Origin: Octopus sinensis
Lineage: Eukaryota
Direction of reading: 5' to 3'
Length of the DNA: 64,000 nt
Assembly (NCBI RefSeq): GCF_006345805.1
Contig: NC_043011.1
Location: 54,820,464 to 54,884,463 of the forward strand
The notes under the pieces are model-generated. The model was not told where the DNA came from. It saw nothing but the letters and a program-made list of their open reading frames with translations, and did not search any database. The stretch's first letter is position 1. Every line of letters begins with the position of its first letter. Below, one piece after another: positions 1 through 12,199 of this stretch. Made by a program: the position numbers and the translations under genes.

Positions 1-165
1 AAATTAAAGACGAAATATGTTACAACATATAGAATTTTCTCAATAAAGCCAAGAGAAAATGATGTCTTATAAACACATTCTACCAGTATACGAAGTTTAA
101 AAGTGTTTAGTTAACTAGAAATTATGTTACAAAGTGCCGTTCAAAAGGAAAAGATCCGAATTTTC
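1..165 (-). repeat. Dispersed repeat fragment, reverse-complement homolog of 40879-41042
   Basis: About 160 bp align by eye to the reverse complement of 40879-41042 with few mismatches. The copy is cut by the window edge. Confidence 0.8.
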
Positions 166-169
166 AATT

Positions 170-650
170 GGCAGTCTGTCCCTGAGGAACAAATTCTTGA
201 TGCACAATACTACAGATGTAAAAAAATAACAAAAACAAATGAACATGCTCTTGATTAAAATGTAACTCTGTTGTCTGCTTTTGAAGTGCCTGTGCCACTT
301 GAAACATTGTGTACAGCCATTGCCTCTTTGCTGTAAGCTTACTGAAGCATCATGCTCAATGTTTCTATAGCAGACTTCCCAAGTTTAACACAAAATTTCA
401 AGTTGGCTTTTTGTTCTAACTTCCTGTCCATGACAAAAATTGCAGACAACAACATACACACGTGATCACAAAAATACAAATTTCACAACTTGTGAAGTAA
501 ACCCAGTGATGTCACTCAGTACACTGCCTCATGAAGGTCACTGCTAGCTCTAACTGTACACGCAACTGTGTGCTGCCCTCTGTTGGCATGCTACAGAACT
601 AGACCAGGGGCTTTTTGATACTGGCCTCATACATGCTTACATACACATAT
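170..650 (-). mobile_element. Degenerate mariner 5' end (TIR plus transposase N-terminus)
   Basis: The minus strand from ~430 reads MDRKLEQKANLKFCVKLGKSAIETLSMMLQ*AYSKEAM, a mariner HTH N-terminus. A TIR-like TATGAGGCCAGTATCAAAAAG lies at ~625-648. Confidence 0.6.
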
Positions 651-914
651 ATAACATGTGTACACACAGCATATATTTATAATTGTGTGTGAATGTGTGT
701 GTGTGTGTGTGTATACACACACATGCACACACACACGCACACACATGTATATATATAAAGCAACTGACAAATGGGAAAGCTCCAGGAGAGGGTGGTATTC
801 CTGGAGAAATTTGAAAGTGTGGTGGAAATATTTTGGTTGACAAATTGACAGTGCTTATGGCCCAAATATGACAAATAAGGACTTTCCCTCAACAATTTAA
901 GATGCATTGATTGT

Positions 915-2880
915 ACATCTATATAAGTGTAAAGGTAATAAGTGTGAATCTGACATTTATCATGGAATGTTGCTGCTCTTTATTGCAGGAAAAATCTTCT
1001 CTAGAATCATCTTAACCAGAATTAACATTGACTTAGTCAGTTCTGTCTATCTTGAGAATCAGTGTAGGTTTAAGTCAGTGGATATGATATTCAGTTTGCG
1101 ACAAGTTCAGGGGAAGGCCCAGGATCACAATACAGATCTCTATGTGGTATCTGTTGACCTTACAAAAGACTTTCACTCTATGTTGGCAGGCTTTGTGCAA
1201 AGTATTAGCAAAACTTAGGATTCCTGAACAAAAGCTAAATGTCAAAGTATCCCTTTATAAAGTGTCATAGTGTCCCTACATCATAAAGATATGAAGATAT
1301 CAGTTCTCTCAAATGACAGTCAGTGCCAGCCTTTTGATGTTAAAAATGGTACCAAACAAGGTTGTGTTTTGACACCAGTTTAATTTGCAACATTTTGCTT
1401 GCAGTAGTCATGGATTGTACCTTTTCTGATGTGGAAGGGGTGTTTCTTGAATAAAATACAATGGGTGGCCTCTTCAACCAACAGTGCTTCAAAGCAAGGA
1501 CTAAAACTGCTCCTCAGACTATAAGAGACTTACTGTTTACAGATGATAGTTTCCTAGTTACTCATACACTTGGAGAATATCCAGCATAGTATTGATAGAT
1601 TTACAGCAGCAGTCAGATCTTTTGGCTTAAATATCAGCATAAACAAAAAGACTGAACTGTTGTGTCAGCTACATCCTGGTAACAATCTTGAAATGTTGCC
1701 CAGAATGTTTGTTGAAGGCAAAGCTCTGAAATCAGTTGTTGCTTTCACATATTTGGGTTCTACAGTAACAAGCAATGCTAAATTCAATAGGGAGGTCCAA
1801 ACTCGTAGTGGAAAGGCCAGTACAGCTTTTGGGAAGCTTTATAATTTAATTTGGAATACCCATAATGTATCTGGAAGCACTCCGTCGGTTACGACGACGA
1901 GGGTTCCGGTTGATCCGACCAACGGAACAGCCTGCTCGTGAAATTAACATGTAAGTGGCTGAGCACTTCACAGACACGTGTACCCCTAACACAGTTCTCG
2001 GGGATATTCAGCGTGACACAGAGAGTGACAAGGCCGGCCCTTTGAAATACAAGTACAACAGAAACAGGAAGTAAGAGTGGGAGAAAGTTGTGGTGAAAGA
2101 ATACAGCAGGGATCACCACCATCTCTGCCGGAGCCTCGTGGAGCTTTTAGGTGTTTTCGCTCAATAAACACTCACAATGCCCGGTCTGGGAATCGAAACC
2201 GCGATCCTATGACCGCGAGTCCACTGCCCTAACCACTGGGCCATTGCGCCTCCACTCCCATGATGTATCAGTAAGAATAAGAATAGATGTCCAGTTGTCA
2301 GTTGTTTTAATAACTCTTTTATATGAAGCAAATGCCTGGACATCTTATTGTTAGCATATCAGTCAACTAAACAGCTTTCATAGGAGATGTCTCAGGTAAA
2401 TATGCAAGGGAAGACAGAGTAAACAATAGCACTATCCTGGAAATGTGTGGAACAACTGGTACAGAAGCTTTCTTAATCAAGTCTCAGATGCTATAGTGTG
2501 GATGCATCCTTTGCATGAATAATGGTCGAATATCAAAACAAATCTCTTTATGGTCAGCTAGTAAATGCTATGTAGATGCTATGTAGACCAGCCACTTCTA
2601 TGGTATGTGGACAAATTCAAAGATTATCTGAAATGCCTGAATATTAGGAAAGAAAACTGAGAATCTAGGGAGAAACTGCACAGACAGGAAGAGAGAGGGC
2701 ATGCTCTTTCCAGCTTCAAAATATCGAACTCAAAGGGAGCAACATCAAGACTGGTTATAGCAAAGTAAGAAAATAAACTGACAGAACAACAGCCTTCCCA
2801 CAAACCAGTATTGTCCACATTGTTATTTCTCAATTAGATCATGTGCTGGTTTGATATGTCATGTTGTTCTTATGCATATT
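915..2880 (+). mobile_element. Degenerate RTE-clade LINE (RT plus C-terminal C2H2-like end), split by a SINE
   Basis: RT motifs LLFIAGKIFSRIILTR, DMIFSLRQVQGKA, YVVSVDLTK, FTYLGSTVT..VQTRSGKASTAFGKL. Resumes after 2270 with VVLITLLYEANAWT..LNSFHRRCLR and ends CPHCYFSIRSCAGLICH. Many stops and frameshifts. Confidence 0.85.
1872..2256 (-). mobile_element. tRNA-derived SINE (family C) with 13-bp TSD
   Basis: A/B-box head at ~2170-2256 on the minus strand. TSD cccataatgtatc (1859-1871) / cccatgatgtatc (2257-2269). Homologous to 31353-31703. Confidence 0.85.
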
Positions 2881-3129
2881 GCTTTTGGTGGTCTGAAGAA
2901 TCACATGAGGAATCACCCGGTAAGTGAATGACTTGTATAAATTGGTGAATAGTTGTGATGGCAATGCGAACGTTGGTGATTATCTATTTGGTTTGATTGT
3001 TTTTTTGTCTTCTCACTGAACATCATATTCGATGGGAGAGTCCATCATTTATATATACATACATACATACATACATACATACAGACATATATATATATAT
3101 AATATATATTATATATATATATATATATA

Positions 3130-3173
<44 letters not shown>

Positions 3174-3185
3174 ATATATATATAT

Positions 3186-3217
<32 letters not shown>

Positions 3218-3400
3218 CATATACATTATATACATATACATACACCCACACATATATATACATACATACATATATATATCCTTGTTGCTTATTTGATTAT
3301 AATCACCCCATTTTGAATTATATGGATAATACCATACCAAATTCTGGTGCCTTTAACTAAGTACCATATCAACTGATCTAATTTTTACTGAACTTATATT

Positions 3401-3434
<34 letters not shown>

Positions 3435-3519
3435 TATGTGTGTGTATGCTATAATTTCTATATGTATACATATGTGTGTGTGTGTGTGCATAACACACAC
3501 ACATGTTTATGTTATAATT

Positions 3520-3736
3520 TTTTTATTGCTCACAGGAGGTTAAACACAGAGGGGACAAACAAAGAGTTTAAGTTTTATGATCGACCCAGTGCTTAACTTG
3601 TAGTTATTTAATTGACTCCGAAAGGATGAAAGGCGTAGTCGACCTCGGCGGAATTTGAACTCAGAACGTAATGGCAGACGAAATACCGCTGAGCATTTTG
3701 CCCGACGTGCTAATGATTCTGCCAGCACGCCGCCTT
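3520..3736 (-). mobile_element. tRNA-derived SINE (family B), single copy
   Basis: Head GGCGGCGTGCTGGCAGAATCATTAGC, B-box GAGTTCAAATTCC, body GTCGACTACGCCTTTCATCCTTTCGG. Confidence 0.85.
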
Positions 3737-3739
3737 TAC

Positions 3740-4030
3740 GTCATCATTTAACATCCGCTTTCCATGCTAGCATGGGTTGGATGATTTGACCGAGGACTGG
3801 CGAACCAGATGGCAGCACCAGGTTCCAATCTGATCTGGCCGAGTTTCTACAGCTGGATGCCCTTCCTAACATCAACCACTCCAGGTGTGTTGTGGGTGCT
3901 TTTACATGCCACCGGCACAAGGGCCAGTCAGGCAGTGCTGGCAACAGCCATGCTCAAGTGGTGTTTTTTACATGCCACCTGCACAGGAGCCAGTGCAATG
4001 GCACTGGCAACGACCTCAGTCATGCCACTG
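3740..4030 (-). mobile_element. 5'-truncated RTE 3' UTR copy
   Basis: Matches 8880-9260 (CATGCTAGCATGG, GGATGCCCTTCCTAAC) with a (GAT)n tail. Confidence 0.8.
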
Positions 4031-4533
4031 GTATATGTATTTATATAAAGTAAAGAAATAGGTATATGTATTTATATATACACAGACATGACAGAAGTAA
4101 ATAAACACACTATAAAACATTGTTTTAATGTTTATAACTTGGTTTATCTTTTTTATTAATGGACATCCTTATGTTTCAGGTTCTATATGTGCCTGTTTAA
4201 TCATGCCATGTACAAAAGAAACTTTGGAACTGTCCAAATTTCAAAGATGTCGTATTGTGGGTCATTCTGAAGGTGGACTTAGCGTAAAATTGCAGAAAAC
4301 TATGGGATGCTGCTTTCAACAGTTAATTGGGTGATTGTGCATGTATATATATACATGTATATATTATATATATAATATATATATAATATATATATATATA
4401 GTATATATATATATATATATTTATATACATACATGTATACATATATGTGTATATATATGTTGTATATGTATACATAGATATGTAATTTGTAATTATCTAT
4501 ATCTATATATATATATATATATAGATATATATA

Positions 4534-4565
<32 letters not shown>

Positions 4566-4567
4566 CA

Positions 4568-4745
4568 GCTTTTCAATATTCTCCCAAAGTGCCTGAGGAC
4601 CTGCACACAGTAGATGTAGGCGTTTTTAAATCAAAGCTAGACTTCTTCCTGTTGCGAATCCTAGATGAACCTACATTACGGCAAGAGATGCAAATGAGGG
4701 TAGCTATATCAAACTCCATTCTTCACCAAGCACATCATCCTTGTC
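4568..4745 (+). mobile_element. CR1/Jockey-group LINE ORF2 C-terminal fragment
   Basis: QLFNILPKCLR / LHTVDVGVFKSKLDFFLLRILDEP resembles LINE ORF2 termini. Confidence 0.5.
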
Positions 4746-5174
4746 TTAAAGCCTATTTTGCCATGCTTTGCATGGCTCAGATGACGCTTCAATTAGACAG
4801 TGTATTGTACGGCCTGATGCCATTCCAGTCACCAGCCATCCCCTGTTTCCCAAGCAAGCTATTTTCCGCTATTTATGGAGCATCAAAACAGCCCCAATAT
4901 ACTTTTGCAGAAAGCCGCAAACAAACACCACCACCATTTATATGAGCAGTGGTGTCTTGTTTACAGTCAGTACATACCTATCAAAACAAGAACACAAACA
5001 CACACACACACACATAATATATATATAACATATATATATATATATATATATTTATTAACATTTAGTAGAAGCAACAGAATGAATCAAGGCCCAAGAGCAT
5101 CGTGCGTTAGCACTTATCAAAGTTCAAAGTTCTATATTTCTTGTTCACATCACCAAACCTGTATACATACACAC

Positions 5175-5211
<37 letters not shown>

Positions 5212-5242
5212 TACATACATACACACACACACACACATACAT

Positions 5243-5282
<40 letters not shown>

Positions 5283-5699
5283 ACATACATATATATATAG
5301 CCACCCATGTATCATTGTTTGAGATAAAACCTCTTGTAGACTTAACATATTTAGAGACAAATATGGGTTTGTGTCTTTGTGTCTATGTTTGTCACCCACC
5401 ATCACTTGACAACTGATATCCCCATAACTTAGCTGTTTGGCAAAAGAGACCATTATAATTATAATAATAATAGTAATAATAATAATAATAGTAATGATAA
5501 AAATAATAATGATGATGACGACGACGACGACGACGATGCCGACGACGACGCCAACGATGCCGAAGCCGACGCCGACGACGATGATAATAATGATAATAAG
5601 AGCACTCAGAAAGTGCAAACCTCCACCAAGGCAACACCAATGTCCCTCTAAACGATTAGCCAGAGATGATTTTTTAAAACGAGAATATCTGAAATAAAC

Positions 5700-5967
5700 T
5701 CAACTGCTCTCACAACTGAGAATACTAAAAATGAAACCGACCGCTCTCAAAAATTATGTAAAAAAAAGCAGAAAAATAATCCAGAATCCTTGTCCAGTAC
5801 CAGATCAATCCCAAAATCTAATCAGTTTGTGCCAGTCACAAGGCCAAACATTCCCGAAAGTTTCATCCGAATCCATCCAGCAGTTCATGAGATATCTTGT
5901 CCATGGACAAACAAACAAATATGACTGAAAACAATACTTTCACCTTTGCTAAGGCAGAGATAATAAA
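5700..5967 (+). mobile_element. Non-autonomous Helentron/DINE-1-like (HINE) fragment
   Basis: Contains an (AAAC)n microsatellite and ends CACCTTTGCTAAGGCAGAGATAATAA, the 3' architecture typical of this group (recalled, not searched). Confidence 0.35.
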
Positions 5968-5989
5968 GAAAGAATATGAAGTAGATTAT

Positions 5990-7225
5990 CTTCTTTATAA
6001 TCTTATTGAATGTAGCCACCTTCAGCATGGATAACAGCTTCTATGTGAGTTCTGAATCATTTACATGCCCAATTAAATGGTCCTAGTTCATATCTAATAT
6101 TACTCTGGCGGCTTTAAATGAATCCTTAGTGTTACAGAGGAGTGGGTTGGCCTCTCTCTCTCTCACTCAAAAACGCTTCACAATGGATTGAGATCTGGTG
6201 AGTTTGGAGGCAAAATATTAGGGGCCATATGGTTATGACAATTGTCAACCATCTATCCTTGGGTTGCTTGAGCCTTGTGTGATGGTGCAGAGTCCAGCTG
6301 AAACATGAAAGGCCTTCAATTGTATACTCTGTCTACCCAGCCCTTGACAACCATTTCCAAGACCTCAAGGTAGCCAGCAGAGTTAACTCTAAGTCCTTGA
6401 GGAAAGAAGTGAGGAGGCATCACATGTCTTTCATTACTGACAACTCCAATAACCATGACAGTTACAGGAAATTTTGTGTGTATGGCTGTTGGAAATTCAG
6501 AAGAGTCTGAACATAACCATCTGTCATTTTTCTGATAATCTTCTGGTCCTGGTCAAATTTTTTCTCATTTGACAAAAGAAAAAAAAAATTATGTTATGTT
6601 CTTTTAGGTTTTAACTTTGTTTAATAACCTTTTAGATTTGATGAGATAATTTTCCCTTATATTTTTTTGTCATGAATTGACCTCTTCTTGTACCAAATGT
6701 CTTTATGGACAACATTTCTGATTGTCCCTCCTCACACATGGAGATCTTTTGCAATCCATCTCATGGATTTTCTGGGATTTTTGTCAATGATCTGATGAGC
6801 TTGTTGAATAAATTAAGGAGTTCTGATGGTATCGGGGAATTGGGAATCCTTTTTGCATTTTGATATCGGTGATACCTTTCTATCAGTGGTTTTTAACTCT
6901 TTGTGAACATTGTAGATGTAAGATCTGGCGACTTTTGAAAACTGAGCTCTCTTAATCAACGTGCCCAGCCTTTAAGGCTACAAATACAGCATACCTTTTC
7001 ATTTCTAGAGTAAGCTGAGTGTCTACCATTATTATTTTGTAAAACATAATAAATGATATAAGAGTGGATGTGTGGTAAGTAGCTTGCTAACCAACCACAT
7101 GGTTCCGGGTTCAGTCCCACTGCGTGGCATCTTGGGCAAGTGTCTTCTGCTATAGCCTCGGGCCGACCAATGCCTTGTGAGTGGATTTGGTAGACGGAAA
7201 CTGAAAGAAGCCTGTCGTATATATG

Positions 7226-7258
<33 letters not shown>

Positions 7259-7539
7259 TTGTGTGTCTGTGTTTGTCCCCTAGCATTGCTTGACAACCGA
7301 TGGTGGTGTGTTTACGTCCCCATCACTTAGCGGTTCAGCAAAAGAGACCGATAGAATAAGTACTGGGCTTACAAAGAATAATTCCCGGGGTCGATTTGCT
7401 CAACTAAAGGTGGTGCTCCAGCATGGCCGCAGTCAAATGACTGAAACAAGAAAAAGAGTAAAAGAGAGAGTAAAGAGAGTTAATTTAAAAACTGTAATAA
7501 TTCATAAATGTCATATTCTCAAATAGCCTACACGCCCTG
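5990..7539 (-). mobile_element. Degenerate maT/DD37D-type Tc1-mariner element, SINE-interrupted
   Basis: The minus strand reads EKFDQDQKI..HTKFPVTVMVIGVVSNE.HVMPPHFFPQGLRVN..FQLDSAPSHKA..ILPPNSPDLNPL. TIR-like end ...CACGCCCTG|TA at 7539. Confidence 0.75.
7057..7480 (+). mobile_element. tRNA-derived CORE-like SINE (family A)
   Basis: A-box TGTGTGGTAAG, B-box GGTTCAGTCCC, CORE-like CTTGGGCAAGTGTCTT, internal (TA/TG)n and an (AAAGAGT)n tail. Confidence 0.85.
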
Positions 7540-7563
7540 TATGTATGTATGTATGTATGTATG

Positions 7564-7595
<32 letters not shown>

Positions 7596-7689
7596 TATTT
7601 GTATGTATGTGTACCTGTGTGTGCATGTGTATATTTGTATGTATGCGTGTGTGTGTGTGTGTGTGTTTTCTCTTTCATATTCCATTATT

Positions 7690-8230
7690 TAAAATCTTCT
7701 GGTAAGGATGCTAGCTTCTAACAAAGATACAATATTCCATCACTGTAATAATGCAAATAACAAAAACAGTGTCATATTTTGAATTTGGGAAATTCTTGCA
7801 ATATTTCACTGTTCCGCTTACAGTTTGTGTTTGAAACGTGAGTATCAGCTGGTTGGTTTTCTCTTCTTAAAACCCTAGCTTCTCCAGATTGTCGCTAAGG
7901 CGTTTCCTCACAAAATCGAGTGCAGCAGTTATTATTGGTTTAAATGTGAATTTATATGGCTATAATAGAAGCCGAAAGTTTTGAAGCAGTCGTCTTTTGT
8001 TATTCTCTTTCACATTGATTTTTAAAGAGACATTCCCATCGGCAACAAAGCTAACCTGTATGGCAATACACGCCTTTTCTTCTGTCCCAAGCAACTAAAT
8101 CCGGCCTGTTATCTTTAGACTGTGTACAAGTTTTGGTGGGAACATTCCACCAATATATCGTGTGTTGATGTTTAAGTATGAATTCAGTAACAGCAAGACT
8201 TTCTATATTTGTCCCACAAATGTCATATTT
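7690..8230 (-). mobile_element. RLE-type (R4/NeSL-like) non-LTR retrotransposon 3' remnant
   Basis: The minus strand reads YWWNVPTKT..KDNRPDLVAWDR (RLE PD motif) and QTQTVSGTVKYCKNF. The same 3' end occurs on + at ~42835-42980. Confidence 0.55.
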
Positions 8231-8544
8231 TCAGATATGTATGTACATACGTGTGTACATATGTATGAGTGTGTTTTTGTGTGTGTGTTATTTTATTTCT
8301 CTTTTTAATTTTGGAGTAAATTTTGCCAGGCCCCCTACTTGGTGGTAAGGTTGTATAGGAAAGCCTCTTGTTTTGTTCATCAGCCCCTCAAAATCATATC
8401 CACTTACAAGGCTTTGGTCGGCTCCAGGCTATAGTAGAAGATGCTTGCTCAAGGTGCCATACCACGGGACTGAACCCAGAACCATGTGGTTGGTAAGCAA
8501 GCTACTTACCACACAGCTACTCCTGCACCTATATATATATATAT

Positions 8545-8780
8545 ATAATATCGGTGGCATGTAAAAAGCACCATCCGATCGTGGCCGTTTGCCAGCCTCG
8601 TCTGGCACGTAAAAAGCACCCACTACACTCTCGGAGTGGTTGGCATTAGGAAGGGCATCCAGCTGTAGAAACACTGCCAGATCAGACTGGGCCTGGTGCA
8701 GCCTTCTGGCTTCCCAGACCCCAGTTGAACCATCCAACCCATGCTAGCATGAGAAGCGGACGCTAAACGATGATGATGTA
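8545..8780 (+). mobile_element. RTE 3' UTR copy
   Basis: Reverse-complement match to 8880-9130, ending AAACGATGATGATG. Confidence 0.85.
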
Positions 8781-8879
8781 TATACATATACACACGCATA
8801 CATATATATACACACACATACATCATCATCATCATCATCATCATTTAGCGTCCTAACGCCACATATATATATATATATA

Positions 8880-10795
8880 TCATCATCATCATCATCATCG
8901 TTTAGCGTCCGTTTTCCATGCTAGCATGGGTTGGACGGTTCTACTGGGGTCTGTGAAGACAGAAGGCTTCATCAGGCCCAGTCAAATCTGGCAGTGTTTC
9001 TACGGCTGGATGCCCTTCCTAACGCCAACCACTCCGTGAGTGTACTGGGTGCTTTTTACATGCCACCCGCACTGGTGCCAGACAGAGCTGGCAAATGGCC
9101 ACGAACGGATGGTGCTTTTTATGTGCCACCGGCACGAAGGCCAGGCGAGGCTGGCAACGGACACGAAACAGGGCGGTGCTGGCAACGGTCGCGAAACGGA
9201 AAGTTCTCTTACATGCCACCGGCACTGGTAACACATCTGCAATTTCCATTGATCGATTTCCATTGATCGATTTCGATTCTGATCCTCACTTGCCTCATCA
9301 CGTCTTCACAAGTAGAGTTTTGTGTCCAAGAAGGAAGGTATGCATACGTAGGCTGGCTCCTCCCATGTAGAAGGCCACGGGTTATGGACTCACTTGTCCT
9401 GCGGGTCTTCTCGCGCACAGCACCCTTCCAGAGGTCTCGGTCTCTAGTCATTTCCTCAGTGAGACCTAAAGTTCGAAGGTCGTGCTTCACCACCTCGTCC
9501 CAGGTTTTCCTGGGTCTGCCTCTCCACGGTTCCTCAACCGCTAGGGTGTGGCACTTTTTCACACAACTATCTTCATCCATTCTCGCCACATGCCATACCA
9601 GCGCAAACGTCTCTCTTGCACACCACAACTGATGCTTCTTAGGTCCAGCTTTTCTCTCAAGGTACTTACACTCTGCCGAGTGTGAGTACCGGCATTACAC
9701 ATCCATCGGAGCATACTGGCTTCATTTCTAGCGAGCTTACGCATATCCTCAGCAGTCAGGCCATGTTTCACTGCCATGTAGCATGGCTGTTCGTACACAC
9801 GCATCATACAGTCTGCTTTCACTCTGTGCGAGAGGCCTTTGTCACCAGTAGAGGTAAGAGCTCTCTGAACTTTGCCCAAGCTATTCTTACTCTAGCAGTT
9901 ACACTTTCAGCACACCCGCCCCCGCTGCTGACTTGGTCACTAGGTAACGGAAACTATCAACTATTTCTAGTTTTTCTCCCTGGAAAGTGACGGAAGTTGG
10001 TCTCAGAGCATTTTCAGTGTTTATTGTTCCTGAGCATCTGCCACATACAAAAACCATCTTCCTAGTTAGCCTTCCTTTGACATGCTGCATCTCTTATGTG
10101 TCCATAGCTTACACTTGGTGCATCTTATAGAGTTTCTACCTACACCTTTTCTACAGATCGAGCAGGGCCATCTACCTGAAGGTGTGTTTGTGATTTGTCT
10201 ACCTTCCTACTGATTACGACTTTGGTTTTAGCTAGATTGACTCTGAGGCCCTTCGATTCTAATCCTTGTTTCCACACCTGAAACTTCTCCTCCTGTTCTG
10301 ATAGCGACTCAGCAATTAGAGCAAGGTCATCAGCATAGAGGAGCTCCCAAGGGCATCCTGTCTTGAATTCCTCCGTTATTGCCTGGAGGACTATGATAAA
10401 TAGGAGGGGGCTGAGTACTGAGCCTTGGTGGACCCCTACCTCTACCGGAATTCTTCACTGTACTCATTTCCAACCCTCACCCTACTAGCGGCGTCCCTAT
10501 ACATGGCCGCACAGCTCTCACTAACCATTCATCTACCCTAGTTTCCTCATTGCCCACCAGATAAGGGATCGGGGGACCCTGTCGAAGGCTTTCTCCATGT
10601 CAACAAAAGCCAGGTACAGGGGGTATCTTTGGCTAGGTATTTCTCCTGCAGCTGCCTTACCAGGAATATAGCATCAGTAGTACTTTTCCTGGCACAACCC
10701 AAACTGCATCTCATCTAAACTAACTCTCTCTCTAATTAGTTGGGCTATGACCCTCTCCATAACCTTCATCACCTGGTCCAACAGCTTGATACCTC
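8880..10795 (-). mobile_element. 5'-truncated RTE-clade LINE (RT domain, ORF end, 3' UTR, (GAT)n tail)
   Basis: RGIKLLDQVMKVMERV, FVDMEKAFDRVP, GVHQGSVLSPLLF, WELLYADDLALIA, GEKLEIVDSFRYL, VQERRLRWYG, RGRPRKTWDEVVKHDL. Frameshifted. The 3' UTR has the GGATGCCCTTCCTAACGCCAAC motif. Confidence 0.92.
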
Positions 10796-10880
10796 GAATA
10801 TATATATATAGATATATATATTATATTATATATATATATGCATATACACACACATACAACATCGTACATATATGATTGTG

Positions 10881-11101
10881 TATGAGGGAATGCTGAAAAG
10901 TTCCGGGCTTCGGGTAAAAGAAAATGCTAGAGGATCAGTTAATTATGATTTTATCCAATATATTCCCTTCTTAGATTCACACACTTATTGCAGTCGTCCT
11001 TCAGTTTTTCTAAGCCCTGTAAAAGAACTCAGAAGGTTGGGTCTCCTACCAGGCCATTCACAATACCCTTAAAGCCAGGAACTTTTCAGCACCCCCTCGT
11101 A
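10881..11101. mobile_element. Mariner-derived MITE (~220 bp)
   Basis: ~30-bp TIRs TATGAGGGAATGCTGAAAAGTTCCGGGCTT / AAAGCCAGGAACTTTTCAGCACCCCCTCGTA with TA ends. Confidence 0.85.
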
Positions 11102-11397
11102 TATGCTAACACACATAAAGTTTTCTGCTGATATACACAGCTCTCTTTCTTGACAGCTCAGCAAATGAATGAAGTTTTTATCATGAACATTATTGGACTT
11201 GGTTAACTGATGTCATGCTATGACTTCATACAGTTCCTCACCATCACTCATCACACATCACTAACCTTTAATTCATGTCTCTTTCACTCTCTTCCCTTAC
11301 TTTGGCAGTTAATAGTTTTGCACATGTGTTAAATAAATTAGAAGCACATTGGTATTTCTCAGGTCATGTTGACATAAACTTATATCATTGCTAATTT

Positions 11398-12176
11398 AAG
11401 GCAGCGAGCTGGCAGAACCGTTAGCACGCCGGGCGAAATGCATAGCCGTATTTCGTCTGCCGTTACGTTGTGTGTTCAAATTCCGCCAAGGTCGACTTTG
11501 CCTTTCATCCTTTCGGGGTCGATAAATTAAGCACCAGTTACGCACTGTGATCAATGTAATTGACTTAATCCCTTTGTCCGTCCTTGTTTGTCCCCTGTGT
11601 TTAGCCCCTTGTGGGTAGTAAAGAAATAGGTATTTCGTCTGCCGCTACGTTCTGAGTTCAAATTCTGCCGAGGTCGACTTTGCCTTTCATCCTTTCGGGG
11701 TCGATAAATTAAGTACCAGTTATGCACTGGGATCGATGTAATCGACTTAATCCCTTTGTCCGTCCTTGTTTGTCCCCTGTGTTTAGCCCCTTGTGGGTAG
11801 TAAAGAAATAGGTATTTCGTCTGCCGCTACGTTCTGAGTTCAAATTCTGCCGAGGTCGACTTTGCCTTTCATCCTTTCGGGGTCGATAAATTAAGTACCA
11901 GTTATGCACTGGGATCGATGTAATCGACTTAATCCCTTTGTCCGTCCTTGTTTGTCCCCTGTGTTTAGCCCCTTGTGGGTAGTAAAGAAATAGGTATTTC
12001 GTCTGCCGCTACGTTCTGAGTTCAAATTCCGCCGAGGTCGACTTTGCCTTTCATCCTTTTGGGGTCGATAAATTAAGTACCAGTTACGCACTGGGGTCGA
12101 TGTAATTGACTTAATCCGTTCGTCTGTCCTTGTTTGTCCCCTCTGTGTTTAGCCCCTTGTGGGTAGTAAAGAAATA
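11398..12176 (+). repeat. SINE-B tandem array: one head plus 4 x ~182-bp units
   Basis: Unit starts (ATTTCGTCTG) at 11450, 11632, 11814 and 11996. Junction AAAGAAATAGGTATTTC. Confidence 0.95.
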
Positions 12177-12199
12177 TATATATATTATTGCTAATTAGA

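Noticed and set aside
7057-7140. tRNA genes at SINE heads (also 3660-3736, 2170-2256, 59260-59340)
   Set aside because: A/B boxes are present but there is no complete cloverleaf, and each continues into a SINE body.
11450-12176. Hammerhead-type retrozyme explanation for the 182/184-bp arrays
   Set aside because: No CUGANGA...GAAA core with valid stems was found on either strand of the unit. The unit is a SINE body.
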